Source of the DNA: Dehalococcoidia bacterium
Lineage (GTDB): Bacteria; Chloroflexota; Dehalococcoidia; Tepidiformales; Tepidiformaceae
Assembly (NCBI GenBank): GCA_963577065.1
Contig: CAUYXJ010000002.1
Span: forward strand, 257 to 64,256
Reading direction: 5' to 3'
Length of the DNA: 64,000 nucleotides
In this document: positions 48,864 through 56,735 of the stretch, one piece after another
Position numbering within the stretch: position 1 is the stretch's first letter
Layout of the letters: each line of letters opens with the position of its first letter
Position numbers and translations under genes: made by a program
The notes under the pieces: model-generated
Databases searched by the model: none
Seen by the model: only the letters and a program-made list of their open reading frames with translations
What the model was told of the DNA's origin: nothing

Positions 48864-49484
48864 TCATGAGCCGCACCCTGGTGGCCAAACGCTTCCTGCG
48901 AAGTACGGCTCAGGAGCCTGGCACGTACCTTCCGTCGAATCCGGTTTCACCTCACAGACGGCGCCGGTTGTAACTTCGTAAATCTGGCCGGTGGCGCTAT
49001 TGCGCACTTGAAGGGTGAGGCTGAACAGCGTTCCGACCGGAGCCCTGCAAACGAAGTCAGGCGGTTTCATGTACTGCAAGCCGCAGTTGTGGGTGAGGCC
49101 GACAATCACGTCGCAAGAGACCCCCGGCGATGGTGTTGGGGTCGCGATAGGAGGAATCTGGGTTGCCGTGGCGGGCAAAGGTGTTGAGGTTGGGGGAACC
49201 GGCGTTGACGCCGCTGTGGCAGCCGCGGTCGAGGTCGGAGTGGGGGCGATAGCAGCAGTGGTGGCCGTCGAGCCCTCTCCATGACCTGTAGTGACGACAG
49301 CCGTGCTGGTCGGGGGGGTGGTGGACGTAGCTGTGGCGGTCGAGGTCACTGTCGCTAGGGAAACGGGCTGGTCGGCCGTTGGCGCCGAGTCGTCGTCCGC
49401 GAGGATGAAGGCACCGCCGAGCAGGCCGACGGCGATGATCAATGAGCAGGCGATGGCGAGGCCCGCCCATTGGGCTGGGGTCAT
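48864..49484 (-). CDS. membrane-anchored Thr/Pro-rich protein with Cys-rich C-terminal domain
   Basis: N-terminal TM WAGLAIACSLIIAVGLLGGAFIL, a long T/P/A linker, then a ~90-aa domain with 6 Cys. No family recognised. Confidence 0.45.
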   Translation of the reverse strand: MTPAQWAGLAIACSLIIAVGLLGGAFILADDDSAPTADQPVSLATVTSTATATSTTPPTSTAVVTTGHGEGSTATTAAIAPTPTSTAAATAASTPVPPTSTPLPATATQIPPIATPTPSPGVSCDVIVGLTHNCGLQYMKPPDFVCRAPVGTLFSLTLQVRNSATGQIYEVTTGAVCEVKPDSTEGTCQAPEPYFAGSVWPPGCGS

Positions 49485-50021
49485 CCTGCAACAACTTGTG
49501 TGTCGGCCAATGGGAGAGAGCCACTGCCGATCACGTGGTAGAGCGTAGCGTCCAGAAGGTGGCGGGCCTCACGGGCTCGGGAGTTGTCAAAGCTCAGCTT
49601 GCCCTCCATGACTCGGATCTGGATTGAGCCGAGACTCGACGGTGTCCCTCAGGATGTCGCGCAGACTGTATACCTAGTCCTGGAACTCATAGAGCCGCCG
49701 CCGACCGAGGCAACCGCAGAAGGTGCCCCCGGCTGGCCACTGCGCTAGCAACGGTTGGCCCGTGGGTCGCGGCCGGTGCGCTATGGGCCGCGGGGATGGA
49801 TGCGGCGGGAACTACATCGCTAACCATCACCTCCTGATTACGGTCAGAACCCCCTGGGTGGGTCCTCGTGATCACCGCTCCCCCCGAGACGAGGGTGGAG
49901 GTCGGAGACCCCTGGCCGCCGTAACGGGCCGGGAGGGTGATTTTCAGGCCGGGGCGAAGCGACGGACGGTCCGCACCGACTCTCTGTCGAGACGGGCCCG
50001 GACCAGGCTAGGAGGTATAGC

Positions 50022-50306
50022 TTGGGTCCGAAGCGCCTCCACTGCGAGCCCTCATTTTCGACAGTGATCGTGCAGGCCCAGGACCGGGTGGGGCTGATAC
50101 GCGATCTCTCAACGGTCATCGCGGAACGGCTTGGGCTCGACATCCGGGCGGCCGGGGGGGCTCGGTCTAATGTGACTGAGTATTACGCCTGGTTCAGTCT
50201 TCCTGACCTCGATGCCGACCACCAAGAGACGCTCTTGACTAGTCTTCAGCAAGTGCGAGGCGTCGTGGGTGTAAGCACACCTGTGTGCTGGAAACCTAGC
50301 AGCTAG
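50022..50306 (+). CDS. stand-alone ACT-domain protein, RelA C-terminus-like
   Basis: TTG 50022 lies 7 nt after AGGAGG. VIVQAQDRVGLIRDLSTVIAERLGLDI...LLTSLQQVRGVVGV parallels relA IHVEAWDRVGLLRDISTLVAEEHVNM...LLTRMETIRGVRN. An intrinsic terminator follows. Confidence 0.6.
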   Translation: MGPKRLHCEPSFSTVIVQAQDRVGLIRDLSTVIAERLGLDIRAAGGARSNVTEYYAWFSLPDLDADHQETLLTSLQQVRGVVGVSTPVCWKPSS

Positions 50307-50364
50307 CGCCGCAAGGCCGTGATAGGCTGGATTCACCGAGTCGATAGCGCAGAGAGCGCCTCCG

Positions 50365-50396
50365 AGCGCCGCCCCTTTGAGGCGGCGCTTCTTTCT
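50365..50396 (+). terminator. intrinsic terminator
   Basis: agcgccgcc-cctttga-ggcggcgct followed by tctttct. Confidence 0.7.
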
Positions 50397-50410
50397 AGGA
50401 GGCCCAGCGC

Positions 50411-51664
50411 ATGACAGCCGAGGCGATCGCTAGCCTGCCGATCACCATCGAGCACGTCCTGGTTGACGTGCTGCACTCCGACCCCGCCAACCCGCGTCGC
50501 ATCAGCGAGGCGGAGCTGGAGGCGCTCACGCGCTCGATTCGGGAGTTTGGCCTGGTCGACCCCATCGTGGCCCGGCGCGAGGACGGTCGCGTGATCGGTG
50601 GCCACCAACGTCTCCTCGCGGCGCGGCGGCTGGGCCTCGACACCGTTCCGGTGGTCTTCGTCGACCTGTCGCTGGAACAGGCGCGCCTCCTCAACCTGGC
50701 CCTGAATCGCATCTCCGGCGAGTGGGACCAGGAGCTGCTCGCCCGACTGCTGGCTGACCTCGAGTCCGCCCCCGACATTGACGTCACGCTCGCTGGGTTC
50801 GATGAAGGCGAGCTCAAACAGCTCCTGCGCAGCCTGGACGCACGCGAACGAAAGGAGCAGCCCGAGAGCTTCGGCCTGAGCAAGGCGATCGAAGACGCGC
50901 AGAAAACAGCCGCCACGACGAAGGCGGGAGACATCTGGGAGCTCCGCGACCACCGGCTCCTCTGCGGCGACTCGACCGACTCGGCCCAGGTCGCTGGCCT
51001 GATGGGCGACACCAAGGCGGCGATCGCATTCACGGACCCGCCCTACAACGTCGACTACGGCAACCACGGTGGAGCCGGCAAGAAGCGCCGCAAGATCGCG
51101 AACGACGCGATGGGCCCCGAGCAGTGGGAAGCGTTCGTCCACGGCTGGGCGACGAATCTCCTCGCCCACGTCGACGGCGCGCTCTACGTCTGCATGTCGA
51201 CGAAGGAGTGGCCCTCCGTTTCGCGCATCTTGGCGGAGGTCGGCGGGCACTGGAGCGACACCATCATCTGGGCGAAGGACCGCTTCGTCATGGGCCGCGC
51301 TGACTACCAGCGCCAGTACGAACCGATCTGGTACGGCTGGCGCGAGGGCGAGAACCACCATTGGTGCGGCGACCGCGCCCAGGGCGATGTCTGGGAAATC
51401 GAGCGCCCCGCCGAGTCCGATCTGCACCCGACAATGAAGCCCCTCGCCCTGGTGGAACGGGCGATCGCGAACAGCAGCCAGCCGGGCGACATCGTCCTCG
51501 ATCTGTTCCTCGGTTCGGGGACCACACTTCTCAGCTCGGAGCGCACGGGACGGGTCTCCTACGGCGTGGAGCTGGACCCACACTATTGCGACATCGTGGT
51601 CGCGCGCTGGGAGTCCTTCACCGGCGAGAAGGCCGTGAAGGTCGACGCGGGAGCGCAGGCGTGA
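50411..51664 (+). CDS. ParB-like nuclease domain fused to a beta-class N6A/N4C DNA methyltransferase
   Basis: N-terminal ParB/Srx fold (NPRRISEAELEALTRSIREFGLVDPIV...VIGGHQRLLAARRLG). Motif IV TDPPYN precedes motif I LDLFLGSGTT. AGGAGG lies before the ATG. Confidence 0.9.
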   Translation: MTAEAIASLPITIEHVLVDVLHSDPANPRRISEAELEALTRSIREFGLVDPIVARREDGRVIGGHQRLLAARRLGLDTVPVVFVDLSLEQARLLNLALNRISGEWDQELLARLLADLESAPDIDVTLAGFDEGELKQLLRSLDARERKEQPESFGLSKAIEDAQKTAATTKAGDIWELRDHRLLCGDSTDSAQVAGLMGDTKAAIAFTDPPYNVDYGNHGGAGKKRRKIANDAMGPEQWEAFVHGWATNLLAHVDGALYVCMSTKEWPSVSRILAEVGGHWSDTIIWAKDRFVMGRADYQRQYEPIWYGWREGENHHWCGDRAQGDVWEIERPAESDLHPTMKPLALVERAIANSSQPGDIVLDLFLGSGTTLLSSERTGRVSYGVELDPHYCDIVVARWESFTGEKAVKVDAGAQA

Positions 51665-51745
51665 ACCGCCCGGCCCTTGGCGAGTTGACTTCGCCGGCGA
51701 GTGGAGTGAGCTATGCGTGCCAGCTTCAAGCGGAGGTTGGCAAGA

Positions 51746-52189
51746 ATGGCCATCGAAGACCGGAATCTCGCCAAGGGCACCAAGCTGGTCGCCCGCCACA
51801 AGAAGACGCTCTACAGCGCCGAGGTCGTGGAGACGGACGAGGGCGTCCGCTATCGGATCGAGGATGGCCGGGAGTTCAAGAGCCCCTCGGCCGCGGCGAA
51901 GGCGATCACGGGCGGGGCCGTAAACGGCTGGCGCTTCTGGAGCCTGGCGGGCGAAGACGGCGAACCGACCGACCGTCGGAGGGCCGCGCCCCGGAAGGAG
52001 AAGGGCGAGGGCAAGCTCGTGCGCCAGGTGCGGAAGCTCCCGAATCAGCGCGGCGTCCCCGAAGGGCAGGTGAGGTACTACTGCGCCGCCTGCCAGGAGG
52101 GGTTCCTCGTGGACGCCGGGACCGAGCCGGACCTGTGCCCCGAGGGGCATGCGCGCGAGGTCGAGGACGAGCTCGTCCCGGTTGGCTGA
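51746..52189 (+). CDS. DUF2924-like N-terminal domain plus C-terminal zinc ribbon
   Basis: ATG 51746 lies 9 nt after GGAGG. GTKLVARHKKTLYSAEVVETDEGVRYRIEDGREFKSPSAAAKAITGGAVNGWRFW, then CAAC...CPEGH. Confidence 0.55.
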   Translation: MAIEDRNLAKGTKLVARHKKTLYSAEVVETDEGVRYRIEDGREFKSPSAAAKAITGGAVNGWRFWSLAGEDGEPTDRRRAAPRKEKGEGKLVRQVRKLPNQRGVPEGQVRYYCAACQEGFLVDAGTEPDLCPEGHAREVEDELVPVG

Positions 52190-52283
52190 CCCACCCGACA
52201 GGAGCCACGACGGCGCAGCAGCGGGCCCCACGGCCCGCTGCTGCCGTCCCCGTACCTAGCCCCCGAACAAGCAGAGGTACTGA

Positions 52284-52691
52284 ATGGTAGTCCTCGCCCG
52301 TCAGTGCGCGGCCGTGAAGGATGACCGCACTCCCTGCCGTTCCGCGCCGCTCCGGGAGAGGGAGCACTGCTTCTGGCACGACCCCGAGCACGCGCAGGAA
52401 GCCTCTGAGGCGCGGAGGTTGGGCGGCCTCCGTCGCCGGCGTGAGCACACCGTTGGAGGCGCGTACGACTTCGAGGGGCTTGGCTCAGTCGAGCAGATTC
52501 GGCGGCTCGTCGAGGTCGCGGCCGCGGACACGCTCAGCCTCGAGAACTCGGTCGCGCGGGCGCGCACCCTCGCCTACCTCGCGCAGACGGCGACGAAGCT
52601 GCTCGAGGTACGGGAGTTCGAGGAGCGACTGGAGGCGATCGAAAGCGTTCTGGGAGCACGTGCTGCCAGGAGCGTCGGTGTGCGACCTTGA
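52284..52691 (+). CDS. hypothetical protein (Cys/His N-terminal knuckle, helical C-terminus)
   Basis: CAAVKDDRTPCRSAPLREREHCFWH, then a helical region ending ERLEAIESVL. The pattern is common in mobile-element proteins, but no confident family. Confidence 0.45.
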   Translation: MVVLARQCAAVKDDRTPCRSAPLREREHCFWHDPEHAQEASEARRLGGLRRRREHTVGGAYDFEGLGSVEQIRRLVEVAAADTLSLENSVARARTLAYLAQTATKLLEVREFEERLEAIESVLGARAARSVGVRP

Positions 52692-52728
52692 CCACCCCAG
52701 ACAGGAGCACGAAGAAGGGAGTGCTCGC

Positions 52729-53604
52729 GTGAGCACTGTGGCCGAGCGGCGGCTGGACTCGGCCGTCAGTGGCCTGACCGCGAAGGAGCGGGCGCGTATC
52801 TGGTACCGCTGGTGGTGCACGAGCGAGACGCCAAACGAACTGTTGCGGGAGCACATGCCGGGCAGCCAGGCCAAAGAGTTCGATCAGATCATCGCGGTCC
52901 TGGAGCAGGCGACATCGGGGTTCTACGAGTGCGCCCTCGTCTGGACAGAATGGGTGCGGCTCGCCGAGGTCGAGCTCGCCTGGCTGGAGAGCGTCTCTGG
53001 CTTGAAGGGGCGCGTCGACGTTCTGACGAAGGCGCTCAGAGCAAGGAAGGTGAGCGTGCGTGAGGAGGGTGCCGGGCGGCGCCACGGCAAGAACGAAACG
53101 ATCGAGTTACCGACCAGGAAGCCTCCGGACATCGGTCATCGACGAGACCTGCCGTTGATGTGGGGAAGCTACACCGGGGAGGACGGGGACCCGCCCGCAA
53201 CCTGGGCCGAGCTCCACAAATGGCTCCGCGTCAGGGTGCGCACTGCCATCGAGTCCCGATGGCAGGAGCTTGAGGCGGCGGAGCGAGCGCTCAAGGAGCT
53301 GGGGGAGTGGCTAGGCGAGGCGCTCGTTCATCCTGATGTCCGTCAAGGATTCGATCGGCTGCGCGCCAAGCTCCTCTTCCTCCACGAGGAAGCGCAGCCG
53401 TACACCGGAGTATTTAAGCTCCCCGAACCGGAGCAGGAACACCTGGTGCTGCTCCGCGGCCGAATTGACTGGGATCAGCTTGAGGTCGTCGCTCGCCCGG
53501 AAGGGTCCCGGGACCGCTCACGGTTGCCGGAGAACCAGCGGGATGCGCTCGAGGCGGCCGAAGAGGAGTGGATCGCGTCGGTGAGGACCCCCGCTGTGAG
53601 ATGA
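52729..53604 (+). CDS. hypothetical protein
   Basis: GTG 52729 follows gaagggag, in frame with ORF 52321..53604. 291 aa, helical, no family recognised. Confidence 0.45.
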   Translation: MSTVAERRLDSAVSGLTAKERARIWYRWWCTSETPNELLREHMPGSQAKEFDQIIAVLEQATSGFYECALVWTEWVRLAEVELAWLESVSGLKGRVDVLTKALRARKVSVREEGAGRRHGKNETIELPTRKPPDIGHRRDLPLMWGSYTGEDGDPPATWAELHKWLRVRVRTAIESRWQELEAAERALKELGEWLGEALVHPDVRQGFDRLRAKLLFLHEEAQPYTGVFKLPEPEQEHLVLLRGRIDWDQLEVVARPEGSRDRSRLPENQRDALEAAEEEWIASVRTPAVR

Positions 53605-53645
53605 TCTCGGTCCAGGTTGCGCGACCGACCTATCACCCGCTGGGG

Positions 53646-53775
53646 CTAGTGCCCCCCCAACTTAGTTCCAGGGCATTCACAAAACTCGTCCCTTCGGAGC
53701 CGCTCGTGCTTCTCTAGGAAGCCTGGGACAGGGGGAGCACTGCGTTACCCACAATCTAAGTTGGAGGGGCACTAG
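53646..53775. repeat. 130-bp unit bounded by 20-bp inverted repeats (19/20 match)
   Basis: ctagtgcccccccaacttag (53646-53665) versus ctaagttggaggggcactag (53756-53775). Lies between convergent genes. Confidence 0.8.
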
Positions 53776-53899
53776 GCGGCCGTGCTAGTGTCGAGCGACC
53801 AGGCGGAGGGTAACTGAATGGGACTACGCGATAGGCCCTGACTTCGAGGACGAGATCGTGACGACGGACGACATCGACTCCTTCTAACAGGCGAACCTC

Positions 53900-54109
53900 T
53901 TAGCTCCCCCACCCCCGCCGCTCGCTGATCTCCTTCCAGGTGCGCCAGTAGAGCGGCGCCTCGAACGTGATCTCGTAGCGGATCTCTCCGGGCCGGAGTC
54001 CGCTCCCGTCGCCCGGACGTCGCTCTTTCCAATGGACGGTGCCATCGCGCTGGAGGTAGCACCCCAACACGTACAGCCGCCGGATCTTGTGACGGTGGTC
54101 GAAGTCCAC
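53900..54109 (-). CDS. hypothetical small protein
   Basis: 69-codon ORF from GTG 54109. No family and a weak RBS. Confidence 0.3.
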   Translation of the reverse strand: MDFDHRHKIRRLYVLGCYLQRDGTVHWKERRPGDGSGLRPGEIRYEITFEAPLYWRTWKEISERRGWGS

Positions 54110-54318
54110 CTAGCCGCGCAGGACGTACAGGAGCTCGCCGCAGAGCGCGCACAAGCGCCGGTCGGGCAGGGGCTTACCGGCGGCCTCGAAGACGCGCAGC
54201 TGGTCAGGAGGGGGGTGTGAGCACCAGCTCACGGTGGCGGCAACGATCGAGGATGGGCGGCTCGGTTGTAGCGTCATGGGACGCGGACTTTAGAACAAAC
54301 GTTCCTGCCTGGGAAGGA

Positions 54319-54588
54319 CTAGCCGTCACTCTTGCCGAAGGACTCCTCAAGCCGCCGGTCGGCTTCCTCCGCCGCAAGCGAAACGAGCGCGCCCCCGATG
54401 CTGTTCTGGATCTCCGTCAGGTCGAACTCGCGCAAGGCCGGTGGGCCAGGCGCACAGGTAGGGCAAAGGACCTCGTCGACCGTGAGCTTCCATCCGGCGT
54501 CTGATCGGACTTCCTCATCCATCATCCAGGACGTGAGGTCGGCCCCAGAGATGGCGTCTTCGTCCGCGCTGCCGCACTCCTCGCACAT
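54319..54588 (-). CDS. hypothetical small zinc-ribbon protein
   Basis: MCEECGS...LCPTC pair of CxxC. The start choice is uncertain: the ORF extends to 54855. Confidence 0.3.
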   Translation of the reverse strand: MCEECGSADEDAISGADLTSWMMDEEVRSDAGWKLTVDEVLCPTCAPGPPALREFDLTEIQNSIGGALVSLAAEEADRRLEESFGKSDG

Positions 54589-55481
54589 AGCCCTGACCAC
54601 GCCGATCCCTCCACGTGACTGGTCTACGGGTGCGCCCATCAGTGACGCAAGCGAAAGCCGGAAACACGACACAACCTGTCGCGATATGGGTCGAGCGCGA
54701 GCTCGCTCGCAATGACCCACGCGCTCACGATCGCGAACGAGAATCCCAGCTACACGAGATGGCCTACATGACGTGCTCGTCGTGAGGGGCCACCGCCTGG
54801 ACGATCGCACGAGCCGCCACTCGCTCCGCTCCTCGCACCCACACGATCCGGCCATCGTGTGGGTCGATGAACACGCCCGAAGCTTCGCTCGGACTCACGC
54901 ACCCAGCCTTCAGTAGAAGAAAAGGGGCGCCCATCTGGCCGCGCTCGCAGTGCCGGTGCGAGGAGCCAAGATCCTCATGACCAAGGGACTCCCAGGCCCG
55001 TGGTCACGCGCGAACGCCGTTAGCCCAGCCCGGCCAGGAGCCGAGAAGCGCATGGTGAGGCTGGCTACACTGTGCGATTCGCCCTCCTTGCTCACTGGCA
55101 CGAAATTCGAATCAGTGCTGCGAAGCCGAGCCCATGTGCGCGGCGCAAACTCAGAGCTGACACCGGCCGCAACGGTCCCGCCAAGGAGCAAGGCTCCTGC
55201 GGGAGCGGACCACTTCACCATCGTGGCCAGCTCCGCCGGGATCATCGCCCCGAGCAACATCAGCTGCAGGTATGTACGGCGCGGCACACCCGTCTCGTCT
55301 ATCGAGGAGGTCAAATGCGACGTTGGTTGCCCTCTGCCCACAACTTTCTCTCCAGTCCCTGTCCACAGTATGCGAACGCCTGGACAGCTCAGCGGAAGCA
55401 ATCGGGGTAGTCGCGCGTGACAGAGTGGTGTCTTGCCCCTTCAGGGGCCGAAGGTGTAGTCTCGCGGGAGAGATCGTTCGG

Positions 55482-55561
55482 GATCGCTGGGGGTGCCCTC
55501 GTAGGGCTGAGAAAAGACCCCTTGAACCTGACCACGTTTATGCGTGCGTAGGAAAGTGATC
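55482..55561 (+). promoter_or_regulatory. TPP (THI-box) riboswitch aptamer
   Basis: gatcgc-tGGGGTGCcctcgtagggCTGAGAaaagACCCcttGAACCTGAccacgtttatgcgtgCGTAGGAAa-gtgatc. P1 pairs gatcgc with gtgatc. Conserved CUGAGA, ACCC, GAACCUGA and CGUAGG(G/A)A blocks are present. Confidence 0.85.
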
Positions 55562-55587
55562 GGACTATGGTTTTCGCCTTGTGCGAA

Positions 55588-55614
55588 GAGTCCGGCTTTT
55601 CCGGGCTCTTTTTT
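55588..55614 (+). terminator. riboswitch expression-platform intrinsic terminator
   Basis: gagtccgg-ctttt-ccgggctc followed by tttttt. Confidence 0.8.
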
Positions 55615-55658
55615 GTGCCCGGAGCTCCCAGAAATCAAGTCCCGGACGCGGTGGAAGT

Positions 55659-56723
55659 ATGAAAAAATCCACTTTTTTGCTGCTCCTTGCAATGGGGCTC
55701 CTAGGCCTCCTAGCTACAGCCTGCGGAGACGACAACGGTTCCAGTACGAACGAAGATGCCAACTCAGACCTCGTGCTGATCACCCACGATTCGTTCAGCC
55801 TCCCCGAAGAGCTCATCGAACAGTTTGAAGCCGACAATGGCGCAACCGTGACAATCCTCGCCAAGGGCGACGGCGGTACCATGCTCACGAGCGTCATCCT
55901 TACCAAAGACAACCCCGAAGGCGACCTCGTCTTCGGGGTCGACAACACCTTCTTGTCCCGCGCCCTGGACAACGACATCTTCCAACGCTACGAGTCTGCC
56001 CTCCTTGATGACGTGCCCGAAGAGTTCCGCGTAAAGGGCAATCTCGTCACGCCGATGGACTTCGGCTTCGTCAATTTCAACTACGACATTGCAGCCCTCG
56101 GGGCCGCCAACCTTGACCCTCCGCAAAAGCTGGAAGACCTCACGGACCCGAAGTGGAAGGGCCTGGTCGTCGTCCAAAATCCCGCCTCGTCAACGCCTGG
56201 GCTTGCGTTTTTGCTGACCACCGTCGCCTACTTCGGCGAGGACAATTACCTCGACTGGTGGAAGGCCATGCGGGACAACGACATCCAGGTCACGGATGGC
56301 TGGGAGACCGCGTACTACACGAATTTCAGTCTCTACGGGGGCAGCCAGCCGATCGTCCTCAGCTACTCCACGAGCCCCGCGTTCGAGCAGCTCTACGCCG
56401 AGCCCCCTCGTGACGACGCACCAAGTGGCAACATCACCCCGGACGGCGCAGTGTTTCGTCAGATTGAATACGCCGGTGTTCTCAAGAACGCAGACAACCC
56501 AAATCTCGCAGGGAAGTTCATCGACTTCCTGCTCTCGCCGGAAACGCAAGCAGCCTTCCCAGACTTCATGGGCGTGTTCCCGGTAAATAGCAAGGCAACC
56601 GTCACCGAAGCGTTCACGAAGTTCGGCAGCGTCAATGTGGATGTCGCGGAAATCAGCGATGACGAGATAGCCAAGCATCGGGACGAGTGGATCAGTGACT
56701 GGACGAACGCGGTCCTGCGCTGA
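55659..56723 (+). CDS. thiB: thiamine ABC transporter substrate-binding lipoprotein
   Basis: ATG 55659 gives MKKSTFLLLLAMGLLGLLATACG (lipobox). Family-1 SBP. Lies directly downstream of the TPP riboswitch. The ORF-track start 55581 lies inside the terminator. Confidence 0.8.
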   Translation: MKKSTFLLLLAMGLLGLLATACGDDNGSSTNEDANSDLVLITHDSFSLPEELIEQFEADNGATVTILAKGDGGTMLTSVILTKDNPEGDLVFGVDNTFLSRALDNDIFQRYESALLDDVPEEFRVKGNLVTPMDFGFVNFNYDIAALGAANLDPPQKLEDLTDPKWKGLVVVQNPASSTPGLAFLLTTVAYFGEDNYLDWWKAMRDNDIQVTDGWETAYYTNFSLYGGSQPIVLSYSTSPAFEQLYAEPPRDDAPSGNITPDGAVFRQIEYAGVLKNADNPNLAGKFIDFLLSPETQAAFPDFMGVFPVNSKATVTEAFTKFGSVNVDVAEISDDEIAKHRDEWISDWTNAVLR

Positions 56724-56735
56724 CCACGGACAAAG

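Larger units (their letters stand above)
44049..55481. mobile_element. putative integrated element or composite genomic island (replication module, ParB-methylase module, gene remnants); no integrase recognised
   Basis: Bounded by the relA stop and the TPP riboswitch. Holds a truncated comM, a primase-helicase, a Com-like ribbon, gene fragments, a ParB-MTase and a DUF2924-like gene. No core-metabolism genes. Confidence 0.45.

Noticed and set aside
49500-49690. Minus-strand fragment (…IQIRVMEGKLSFDNSRAREARHLLDATLYHVIGSG…) as a possible recombinase remnant
   Set aside because: I cannot match it to any integrase or recombinase motif. It is short and needs a frameshift to extend, so it is not callable from sequence alone.
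54910-55420. Overlapping ~160-aa ORFs on both strands (54910..55401 minus, 54950..55420 plus) at the right edge of the island
   Set aside because: Third-position GC is similar for both, and neither matches a family I recognise. The minus-strand product has a hydrophobic segment (MVKWSAPAGALLLGGTVAAGVSS), but I cannot decide which ORF, if either, is real. Left uncalled.
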